Source of the DNA: Phoronis australis
Lineage: Eukaryota; Animalia; Phoronida
Assembly (NCBI GenBank): GCA_002633005.1
Contig: NMRA01000025.1
Coordinates: forward strand, 404,300-468,299
Direction: 5' to 3'
DNA: 64,000 nucleotides
Shown piece after piece: positions 13,301 to 25,300 of this stretch (the stretch's first letter is position 1; each line of letters begins with the position of its first letter). Made by a program: the position numbers and the translations under genes. The notes beneath the pieces were generated by a model, which worked only from the letters and a program-made list of their open reading frames with translations, had not been told where the DNA came from and searched no databases.

Positions 13301-16300
13301 ACAGTCTGACTATATGAAAAGAAATTGGCGCGAAATTCTTGCCTCCCAAAATGACACTTCCTGAGTAGAGGGCGAGAAATTAATCAAATTGCGAAAAGCT
13401 GTAATTAAGTGAAACATATGTCTGGGACAACCAACAGACCTTATTTTTGTTAAAAGTGACATAAAAAAAGGTTGCCTTCGCCTTTAAGTCTTGTGAGCAC
13501 GCCATCTGTGGTGGGCTGACTTGCGAAGTATTCAGTCTTGCATGAAGAAAGAGCAACGGGAAGGACAAGAATACAATCATTCGCGCACTAATTCGCTGCC
13601 ATTGAATAACTAAGTTTATGTCTACACGTACATTAACATAGGCCGTCTATTAACAGTATTTTTATCCCTTGAGTAAAATTGCATTACAATAACGTGATCC
13701 AGAACGCATACATGTAGTTTTCTTCTTTAAACATTACGCCGCTTAACTGGAATATTTGATATCACTAAGCACGACAGTGGAGAAACTAGGAAGTATAAGA
13801 TTATTAAATCAGGTAAAAATACGGTTAGTTCATCATGGGCGGCGCACCATAGGGGGCTGGGGGGCTACAGCCCCCACTTTTTACAATGCTGCGCAGCCCA
13901 TGTTCATAATATTGAAATAGATGTCTGCGAATTAAAACTCCTTTGATCTAAGGCGTAGTACCAAAGTATACATGTAGCATTCACTGTAACAAACAATAGG
14001 CCTATTGGCCATGTGTCTTGTCTTGTTTTGATAGTTTCAATCAATGCTCGTTCTGACCTGCCAATGCATCATTGGCATCAATCTTCGAAGTTAAAGGCAG
14101 GAAGCAACTAAAAATTGATACTGCCTGCTTATGTCAAAGATTGGTTATTATGATACTTGGTGAGTGGTCTTTTCCCACAGTTGCCGTCTAATTCGCTAAA
14201 AGCGTTAGTCATGCTTGCCTGGCCATTTAGCAGATTTTGAAAGGAGTTTTCAAATTTTCCTTCAAACATTAGAGAGTTGTCGAGGGTAACACAGCATTAT
14301 TTTGTTTCAGAGAACTGGGTGGGAAAGTCATTTCAGTAACTGTTAACTAATAGGACAACACTAGGTTTTGGTATCCTTTAATGTCGTGGGTTCGATTGCC
14401 TCAGAGCCACCTTGCTATTAAGGTCTGTAGCTCTTCAGCTCCGTCTCAACTAAAGCACAAACATGGTTCCAAGTGACCAGTGCAATGGACCCACATGTGA
14501 GCGACCTACGCCAAACACGCGGCTACATCGTGCACCAAACCGCCTGCAAATATTTGTGTATGTACATGTACTATGATTCTCAAAAAATGACCTTGTTTCA
14601 AAGTTCTTTATCAGCTTTTGCATTGTCTTACATTGTCTGGTCTCGACGCATGTATTTTTATCATTAAGCCACTCTCCCTGATGTCAATTCGATTTTACCT
14701 TTTCAGCTGTTGACGACTTAAAACTGGCTATGAATGGACTACAGAAACGGCACTACAAGTACACCGCCGGGTATTGCACTTTATACAATAAGGCCCTACT
14801 CAGTTTATGTTGCAGCGCTCGATGCGGCCTCAGATTGTGTTTGGGGACTTGGGAAGTTTCAAGTCTTCACGAAATCGCCACTGCGAGTATTAAAGTCAGA
14901 CAATAATTCCCTCCAAATTCATTTGTTAAAGTTCGTGTTGACTTTCAAACTTTAAATTACCATCAGTCTTCTTAGATTACGTGTACCTTCGATTCAATAT
15001 GGTTCCGTTTATTTTGCGAAATCAGTGCATTTGCCACCACAGCAGTCAGCACACATGAAACGCGCTTACACGCAAATTACAACAGGATATCGGAATTGTT
15101 CGGCAAAGATTGTGTAAGATCGGTGAAATTCGCGCCACCAGTGCGTGCAACCTTTTGCGTCCTATAGCCTACGCCTAATTCATACAGACAAGAAGCGCGC
15201 TCCAAAACTAGGCTCACTACGATTGGTCCGTTAAATAGCTAATCGGCATAGCTGTATCGGTCCTATTCTACTCTCAAAAATACTGAAGATCACGCAAAAT
15301 TCCCCCACGATGCTTAAAAATTCTCCTAACGTGATTGAAATCTTCCACTGGAAGTTAAAATCACCTGTAACCACACAAGTGACAATTTGAAAGAGCACAG
15401 AATGGTACTTGAGACAAAGCCTATGATGGTGATCGCGGGGGGTAGAATTTCCCCCAACTCAGCGAAAAATTCCTCTCTCAGAAGGCACATTGTCACGTGG
15501 CGTATATCTTGCCGGTAGGCGGTTGAAATAACACAATTTGATTTGGATGTAATAATGAGTATATTGACTAAATGTTTGAATTTCCCTAAATGAATGATCA
15601 TAAAGATTAATAAAGAAGCCTAATTTATTCAGTCTGTGATCACGTTTCCCATTCCTGGCGTCGGCCTTGGATCCAGTGTTATACTTGTTATGAGGAGTTT
15701 CCTCTTCTCTTGATCATTCGATCCAGTCTTCCAAGCAGTCTTCACTTGATGAAATGCTTCGGAATAACCATGAAGTTCAGTCCATCGAACAACATATATG
15801 TTAACATTGAATTCAGTCCATCGAATCCTAGATACAATGTACCCTCTTTGAAATTCAGTCCATCGAATTTCTGCTACACGTATCGGATTGAAATTCAGTC
15901 CATCGAATTTCTACAGCTTGTGATATTTCTCAGCAAACCAGTAGCATCTTTTCAGGAATATCTGCGATATCTCTCTAGCAAGAAATATCTAATACATCTA
16001 TACCAATCTGGTTGCCTCTCGTTGGAAATATGTCTTCTTGAAAAGCTAACGGTATACTTATACTCAAACAGAATAAAGGTGGGCGGGTTAGATCAAAACA
16101 TAAAACCCACCAACTTCCTCTAAATGTACTCATAGTTCCAAAACAACTTCCCAGAACAACATCATAAGATTCCACATATGAACCTAAGCTTTCGCCAAAT
16201 ATGGTCACGGACAGACAAATCTTTAAGTAATTTCTGCTGAATAATAACAAGACTATTGTTGTTGTCAGAACTGGCTAACCCCACAGTTGACCAATTCCGG

Positions 16301-19300
16301 TGAATTGAAAGTTACATAATTCTGCTAGCAGAGCATAAACACATGGTTAGAGACAAATATGCTGATTCATTTCCTATGCACTCATAGGATGCAAAAAATT
16401 TCAGTAAACAACTAATACCCTTAATTAATTACACAACAACCACTATATACTTAATTAATACTTATACTTCTCATGTTATATTATTCTCATGTACATAGTC
16501 AACCCAAGTTCTAATGTGTTTGTATCATACTTTAATGATAAATAAATGACATGTTCATCCTACATAAAATCTCCCCGTAACACATATGCACCCGGCTTTC
16601 CGGCTTTTTCTTCGGGTGAACGAGGCCCATGAAGAAACATAATAACTACAGTGTATGCTTGCTCTGTCCAGTTAACTGAAATTGAGCTCTAAAACGATTT
16701 TTCAGGTTATGTTTATTTTAAAATTCAACTTGACCAAGATTGATATTTGAAACCCCAACACATGAAATAGGTGTAAGAATTATTAAAACCAAGAAAGCAG
16801 AATTGATGGTGAAATAATCTTTAGTTTCAATTACAAATCTGTTCTTTAATTAAACTATATTTAATAACATCAATCATTCTCGCAGATCAATAACAAATCA
16901 ATTGTTAGTCCCGGTAGTCCTTACCTTACTACCAGGACCTAGGCTGCTGGACGTTAATATTCTTGATCAACAAATTAAACCAGACGTGACTTGCACGTGA
17001 CAGCAAAATGCAATGAGCCACCACTGTCAAATATTTCTTCAACTGGTCAAAAATACGACCAGATGACCTGGTTCGTGTAGAAAGCATTTTTATCAACAAT
17101 TTACAAGACGAAATGTAACTTTGCATTCAGCATATAGGCCTACCTAATCCGTATCACGATCGCGGCAATCTGGTAATATTTACTTTTCATGTTTCGAACC
17201 CAGTTTACCGAAAAACCTATACCCAGGTTGGACTCGAAAGATCAGCCATTTAACTCACGCAATGTCATCTTCCAATATGTTTATCGCAGTGAGCCTCGCT
17301 TTGGGTTTTAATGTCCGCCGCGTGAATGGGGCTATTCGGAAAATCTACAATAACTAGAGGGCGCGCGTGTACTAGTGGTGATGGATTAACAGCCTCGATT
17401 TTGTGAGCCCTTTAAATACATGGTGAAATGGCTTGCAGCCGTGCCAACTGAATCTGAGATTGCGTGAAAAGGGTGCTTCTATGAGAGGAAGTAAGCACGA
17501 CCTTATACAAAGGTAAGGTTTGTGATTATTTTAACGATTATTCCATGCTTATTCTACCGATGCCTGTTAACTGAGGTACTCGCCGATGTCGACTTCGCGG
17601 CAGTCGCCAGTCGTGTTAATCTTTGTTTGTTGTATGTGATACGATATTTGACGTAGCGATCGGGATCTTTTCGTACTTCAAAGCATTATTATTGTTTGGA
17701 ATGATTTCTAACATTTTATCAGTGACAGTTACATCAATCAATGCTGAATGTTCATGCTGTCAACTCGATACAGGTTAATGAGTTAAGATTACAATCCAAG
17801 CCCAATGGCAAAGCGGGGTACATAACAAATATCCATTGCATTAGACTATTTGTTTACTCCCTATCTTATGTCTTCTGGAAATCTATTACACGTTGAAATG
17901 GAAATCTATCACGTCTGTTTTCACGTAACCTTTGGTTTTTAGGTTTGAGGGCTTTTACCGTGCAGAGGAGATATGCATCGCTTCTGCACCGTCCCTGAAT
18001 GGACAAAAATTGGTTTTTAGCATTTGACTGCAGCTAACCAACAAGATCTTCCCATCCAGTGCAGATCTTTTTTCAAAGCCTACTTTCAATATTGGAGGCA
18101 ACGAACAAAGCCTTTGAAAAGGAACAGTTATTTTTAAAGAAAGGTATGTAAGTCATTTTGTTAATCTTCTTACTTGTATTCAGGTCCTTAGCGGGGGATT
18201 GACATGGGGGGTTGGGGTTGAAATATTTGGTACAACTGAATGTGTGGAAATAACAGGTAATGCATGTTTGAGGAAAAGAGCATGGTGAGGTAATTCTTAT
18301 CCTTCATGAAGCCCCTTCAAGTTGATTTCTTGAAACTGTTTTGCTTCTTGTATCAATTGTAAACCCATGAAAATATATTACATTTTCTGAATTCACAGTG
18401 ACTGAATAGTCTTAACTCATGCCTTGAAATGTTGCAAGCTGTTATAAATTCAAATGACTACCTTTTTGTGAAAGTTGCATTTTTGATGGTGCCTTACGAT
18501 TTGTAATTACTCTTAAACAACAGAAAGATTAATCATCATTTTTAAATGACCCAAGTCTTCATATCTTCTATTAGAAGAAAAATTAAAAGTCTGAGAAACG
18601 GTTCCCTCAACCTTAGACTAGAAGTATTCGTGACAGACCCATGAACCTGTGATCGCAGTTTAAAATTGCTGAAAGTATCAAAATTCAAAAGGCTTGAAAA
18701 TGGGTAACAAAGGTTTGAAGTTGTCTCAAAAAGCTTGTATATTTTGCAGACAAGTGATGCGTTCAAAAATTGTTATGGCTACGAATCAAAAATAAAGACA
18801 AAGTTTTATGCAATGCTTATTATAAACACCCTTGGTTTCTGAAAATAGTAATTATGTAATTTTATGTGAAACTGTAGAGCAATCACCATATATTTTTGAA
18901 CAACAGGAATAACGTTTTTGACCCAATCTGGAGTACTTAATTATTCACATTTCAATATTTGTTCCAGGTTCAGTGACATTTTAAAGCCCCTTCAAGCTGT
19001 ATCATAGACAAGCTTTGTTACTCCCTTCTCTTCCCACAGCACTTCCACACACCAGCAGTGCTGCATGGCACAATGTACAAGTCAGTGGCCCTGGAGAAAT
19101 GTGAATCGCAGTACTAAGTTACCATAAGTCAATGTGCCAGTGGACTGTCTGTGTATTCAGACGAACTATATCTGACTGCTACACAAGTAAGCCTTGTTGG
19201 TGAGGATGCCCTTTCATAGGCAATAAGTCATGTTTGGACAATAACTTATTTCCTTTCCTGGAAGAAACATGAGGGACTGAAGCTAAAGAAGACCTAGTGA

Positions 19301-22300
19301 CACTCTGGTCTACTTCAAGGGTCTGATTTTGGGCTCAATACGATTCAAGTGATATGCTGCTGTGTTTACCTTCAAGGGTCTAATTGTGGATGTTATTGAG
19401 GCTGAATGAGGTTACATGAAAGAAAACCACGTGTCGAAACTGGACCCTTTTTTACAAGCACTTCTATAGGCCATTGAAATTAGATACCAGTGAAATGAAA
19501 GCCAAAAGCTGAGTGACATTAAATTTTCCTTTCAGAAGAAAGGCTTTATACTATTGGTAAAAACTTTTCAATTTGGTACATATTATGCGGAAATGACATT
19601 CAGTGACTGCATCGATTGTCTTATTGTATGTTTTCAATTGTATCTAGCTGGATAAGAATCTGCTATGCACAAGATTCGAGAATATACAATTATCAGTGTA
19701 TTTAAAAACAAATGGCAAACTGAAAAAGCACAGAAAGAAACAACATTGCGAGGGAGTCCATAATCAGGCATATCAAGTGCTAATTTCTGAATGATGTTCA
19801 ATTCTCTCAGGTTATTGTTGAAGGATTGCTTTTCACTTTGTCCAAAGGTAAAATAGATAGTCGAGCGGTTGGTTTCAGTTGTTTTCGTTCACCTGTAACA
19901 GAATAGTCGGAGAAATATTAGCAAATTGTAAAGGAAAAGACAAGACAAAACTACTTTTGTAAGGCAGAACATACTTGACGTTTCATCTTCATGTTTATGT
20001 GTAGAAACTAATAACCTTTGTACCTAAGTCTTATTTTATATCTGAATTAAAATATGTGAAACAGGCTAAATTGAGTTAACAATGTGTATTTTTCATGACA
20101 CTTAAAATGTGCTTCTGATCTCAACAAGTAAAATTCATTCTAGGTGTCAATTTTTCATCCCATACAATGTTACGACATTTACTGAATTAAGGCTTATTCA
20201 TGTTGATTCGATAACTGATCTGGTAGTCCTGGGGGTGGAGTCCGCGATAAAATAAGGAAACACACATCTAGAGAATTTTATTGGAAACAGCATAGTTTTG
20301 AAGAGAAACTGCTGTGAAAAAGTCACCCTTGACTTCTGTGCATCACGTACCATACACCTCTTATTTTGGGATAGGCAATGACCATCGCCTCTGTTGGCCC
20401 GAACCAGACCAACAGAGGCGATAGTCATTGCCTCATTTTGGGAGCACTCCCACACAGGACAATATGAATATGTGCTGCTAGCCTACCCGGCATCGGGTGA
20501 GTTTCCTAAAAGAAATACTAGTTCCACTCAATAAACCTGTTATTCAGTGGGGTAACTGGTGGGGATAACATCACCGAACGATGTTGATAGAAACTTGATT
20601 GCTAAAAACTTACCAAGTAATGTTGTGTAGTCTCCGAATGGAACTGCATAGTCATAGAGCACACGCGGGGCTTCAGCATTCACACACTTTTTGTCACTTA
20701 GTTGACCCTTTTGACCGCAATTGTCCACGAATATAGTAACCTTAGGTCTTTTGGGAAATTGTGGCCACCTGTCGAAGACTTGCACCACGGAAATTAGCAG
20801 TAATGAGGCTTAGCGCGACGACGTATTTTGATAACAATTCCATCTTTTACCAGTTGTTTACATGCAGACGGCCACGCATGCGCAATTCAATCACCACTAG
20901 TACAGCAGCGAAACCGCGAGGTGAATTTTCCGAATAGCCCCATTAGAAGTATGCTCGTTTGGCGACGGGAGGAATAGAGTTATATAATGAATGCACATAT
21001 TCACGGGGAGAAACCAGATAGATACGCGAGTTTGGTTACGACTTTTTTTCAATCGACGATTTCTACGGTGGTTCGGCAAGCTCTTTCCATGCGCGCACCC
21101 AGCCTTCAATATGGGGGGCTCGAATTAATGACGTCGTGGACCTTTTGCTAACGAAAGAGCGGGTGGACTAAAAAAAAACCGGAGCACCACTGTGAAGTGC
21201 GCGTTTGCGATTATTTAGTCCCATTTTCTTGGACTTTCTGTCCCTCAGGGNATCATTCATACAAGTACTTACATGTACCTTTCACTCCGAGGCTCTTTTC
21301 AGTTCAAAGTAGATCAAAGATGTCCATTCTGAGGCTGCCTTGCGCAAAACGATGTCATTAATCTAGCTTACATTGTGGGGTAAACATGGTCACCGTGAGC
21401 CAATCCACACGTGATTTTTGATTAAGAATATATGTGAACACGACCAAAAATGTCGTTATAAGGGCTACGCGGCGAATTTTTTTTCTGTCGGAAAATGTGG
21501 TTAGTCACACCCTTCTTTCTTCATCCCCAATTCACCTGTAGAAAATGTGATTAATCATATCCCTCTATCATCATCCCCAATTTACCTGTGGAAAATGTGG
21601 TTAGTCACATCCCTCTTTCGTCATCCCCAATTTACCTGTGGAAAATGTGGTTAGTCATATCTCTCTATCATCATCCCCAATTTACCTGTGGAAAATGTGG
21701 TTAGTCATATCTCTCTATCATCTTCCCCAATTTACCTGTGGAAAATATGGTTAGTCATATCTCTCTATGATCATCATGCCCAATTTACCTGTGGAAAATG
21801 TGGTTAGTTACATCCCTCTTTCTTCATCCCCAATTCACTTAACATAAGCGTAGTAAGTGACTGTATATATTACTTTTAGCTTACAAGCTGACGCAAATTA
21901 CACGTTCATCGACGGCTGTATGGCCTTGTACTTAGATGGCAGCGGAGACTGCGCCGACGTGTCCCCGGTACCCAACATTTTCTCTCGCAGCTACACGTTA
22001 GGAGCATCTATTCGACTGGCAGCAATTGACACGGATAATGCAATACTTCAAGACTGGTCGAGCCCTCGCCAATTTCGGTTGTATGTCAACTCTGCAAACA
22101 AGGTCGTAGTGCAGATAAAAAAGAACGATGCACCTGATGAGAATTTGCTGAACGTTTCATCTTCTGGGGTGGTCACAGCCAACAAATGGTATGACATCGC
22201 CTTCTCTAGAAATGTTGACACCGGAGCCTACGCCCTTTACGTAAACTCTCTTCAAGTAGCAAATGGATCTGTGACGAGTAAGGAAACTCAGAAGGCAAAC

Positions 22301-25300
22301 AATCATTCATCATGGGAGATCGGCTACAATAAAAGGCAAATGGGGCACTTTTTACATGGCTATATCCGCAACGTCTTCGTAAACTACGGTGTTTTGTCAC
22401 TGCCAGAAATTAAAGCCATTCTACCACCGCCCCCACTTAAACCGACGACGATGTTCCTCAAACTGGATGGAAACAACCCGGTTAATGCGCAATACCCTAT
22501 CAAGTAAGTGGTGTTCGAACGTAATCACTGTAAATTAATGCACTTTGGCATAAGTTTGAATTTGATTATTGTTGCTTTAGTGACTGCGTGACTCATCAGA
22601 TTTGAACTTCACCTGAGTGAAACGATGACATGTTCTAGTGTCGATCAAAATTCTAGGACTGGTATTTCAACTGTTTTATTAGAAAAACAACATTTGTAAA
22701 GTATCGTCTGTCTAGGTTGATACGTGTGTACGTACATACGTTCTGATAGCTATGTTCGTACGAGTCCCCGGCGTAATATACGGATGTCACCACGGCCTGA
22801 TACAACATGTCCTTTATTACTCTGCGCGTGTAAGCGCAGAGTACTGTTGTTAATGGGTTTTCTTCAATTTTATTGTTATTACTCTGCGCGTGTAAGCGCA
22901 GAGTACTGTTGTTCCTGGGTTTTCTTCAACTTTATTCTTATTCTTATTCTTATTCTTATTCTTATTCCGACCAACTTTGAGGCTTAATAACTCCAAATTG
23001 GGTGCAGGTGCGGTCTTTAAATTCAGCATATGACTTTTGACAGTATATAAATTTTAATCATATTCCATATTGCACCGGAAGAGGTCGTTTGGTGCAAAGG
23101 TCATATAATTTTCAAAATGCTACTCCTCCTTCAATTTTGAAGCTATCTTATTCAAATTCGGTGCACAGGTATAAGTCAACATGACAATTTAAAAAATTAC
23201 TTTTCTAAGTAATCGGGTCATCCAATCAGGTGAAGTAGGTCAAAGGTCATTAGGTGCAAACTAAAATTTTGGGCTAGGCCCTTCAAATTGACAAGTCTGA
23301 TTGCCACACATAAAAAAATCGGAATCCAAAGTTTCAGGTCATTTAGTGCAAACATGGGGTCATAAGGTGCATTTTTCTTCTGAAAATTTGATCTTTTCAA
23401 TCAGCAAGTATTCTGATGTGTCAACTGTTAGACAACTGTGATTCTCAGCGTTAAAAACATTTTTCATGGGCTTTGCAATAATTCTCCTAAAGATGCTTAA
23501 ATGCACCGGATAAGGTCAATTAGTGCAAAGGTCATGTAACGTTCAAAATGTTATATCTCTTACGTTTTTCAAGGAATTCTTTTCAATTTCATCACACTGG
23601 TGTTAGTCAACATGCCAATTGAATACCCTACTTTACTTCGCAATAGGCCTAACCAATCAGAAAAAATAGGTCAAAGGTCATTGAGTACAAACTAAAATTT
23701 TGAGCTAGAGACTTCAGAATTACGTATCTGTTTACTAAGTGCAATTGAGTTTGAATTCTAAATTTTCAGGTCATTTGGTGCACCCATGGGGTCATTAGGT
23801 GCATTTTTCTTCTGAAAGTTTGACCACTTCATTCATCTTGTATTCTGAAGTGCTTAAAGTAAAACATCTGTGATTATTAGCATTTACCACACTTTTAATC
23901 GAGTTAACAATTACTCCCTAATTGGGGCCTATAATGCACCGGAAGAGGTCAATTAGTGGAAAGGTCATCAAAAAAGTAATATGTAATTTCTCCTACAATT
24001 TTAAAGAATTCCTTTTCATATTGGTAAACGGGTTGCTTTCAGTAACTTCCCTTAATAATTCCAGTAATACGCACGCGCAGAGTCCGTTATTGTCACGCCG
24101 TGACAATAATCTTTCTAGTTAAACATTGCAACCTCACGGATCTATAGCAAATGTGTTGTACATGTACCTTTAAGTGTCTGGCCTTCGCTTAGTTGCTGAG
24201 TCCGGGGACATGTTCAGTAACAATGATATCTCGATCGCCAAACTCGCATTATATTCATCTTATTGAACGCTCCTCAGTTTAAATCAACGGTCACATTCCG
24301 AAATACTATGTGTTCCGTCGCTCTGGTAATTATCCCCAATGCTGTGCATCCCTTTGACACCTGTTGTCATACTCACCACTATTTACCTTTCTATGTATAA
24401 TGCTTACAAAGTTTTGCTCAGGTGATGGATGAACCGCAGGCTCTGCACCACCTAGAGACCATTCATACTATTTTCGAGTCTGTTTTTGGCACCTGTCTCC
24501 CTATCGGCCAAACATTGGCACTTTGTATGTTCCTGCTGTGAAAATGAAAGAGCATTTCTTTGATGGTGATAACAAATAAAAAGGACTTTCAGACAGTTAG
24601 GACCACTTGTCTCCCTGAGGCAAATATGTTCAGTTTTACTAATGAGTCAATGACACCCTCCTGTTTTAATGGATTTGAAGCAATGTACTCCACCTAGTGG
24701 CCATTCTTATTGTTTTTGAGTTTTTTATTTTGCATTCACATCTCTATCGGTTACATCTCTTTGAGGATTATGAAAATTGGTATATGTGCATGGCTGACAA
24801 TGGTTTTTGATGACTTCGACTACTGTAGCACCCCCTAGTGGCATTTTTTTTCTCAAATGCAGTTGTTTCTCCTAAACCCCTGCAGTATCTGTGTGTACTT
24901 CTTCTAGGAACGTGACGATGGATGGTGGCGACTTTCCGTCGTATTTGACTTAATGACCGCTTTTCTCAATATGTTGGGAGTTTCTAAAGAGATTTTCCTG
25001 GAATTTGAGGTTATCTGGTGATTTCAAGTCGGCAAATTGCTTGAGTGCAAACCAGTACGATGAGTTAATCTACTTAATGTTAATTAACTTTATATTTAAT
25101 TAACTTTCTATTTATTCGGTTTGCTTAGCCAGAAAACTAAGTAAGCGAACGGACGAACCTCCATCAAACACAAAAGAAAATGTTGGATACTTGCTCAGTG
25201 TACATACTTAGCTGCTTTGTTGCACGATAGTGTATGAGAATTTACCAATTACGCTGCCCATAAACCAGAAGGTTTGAGTGATTTCGGAAACTCGGCGACA

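Noticed and set aside
15771-15907. CRISPR array
   Set aside because: Only four 18-19-bp repeats with short spacers, no cas genes, and located inside a solo LTR in an animal intron
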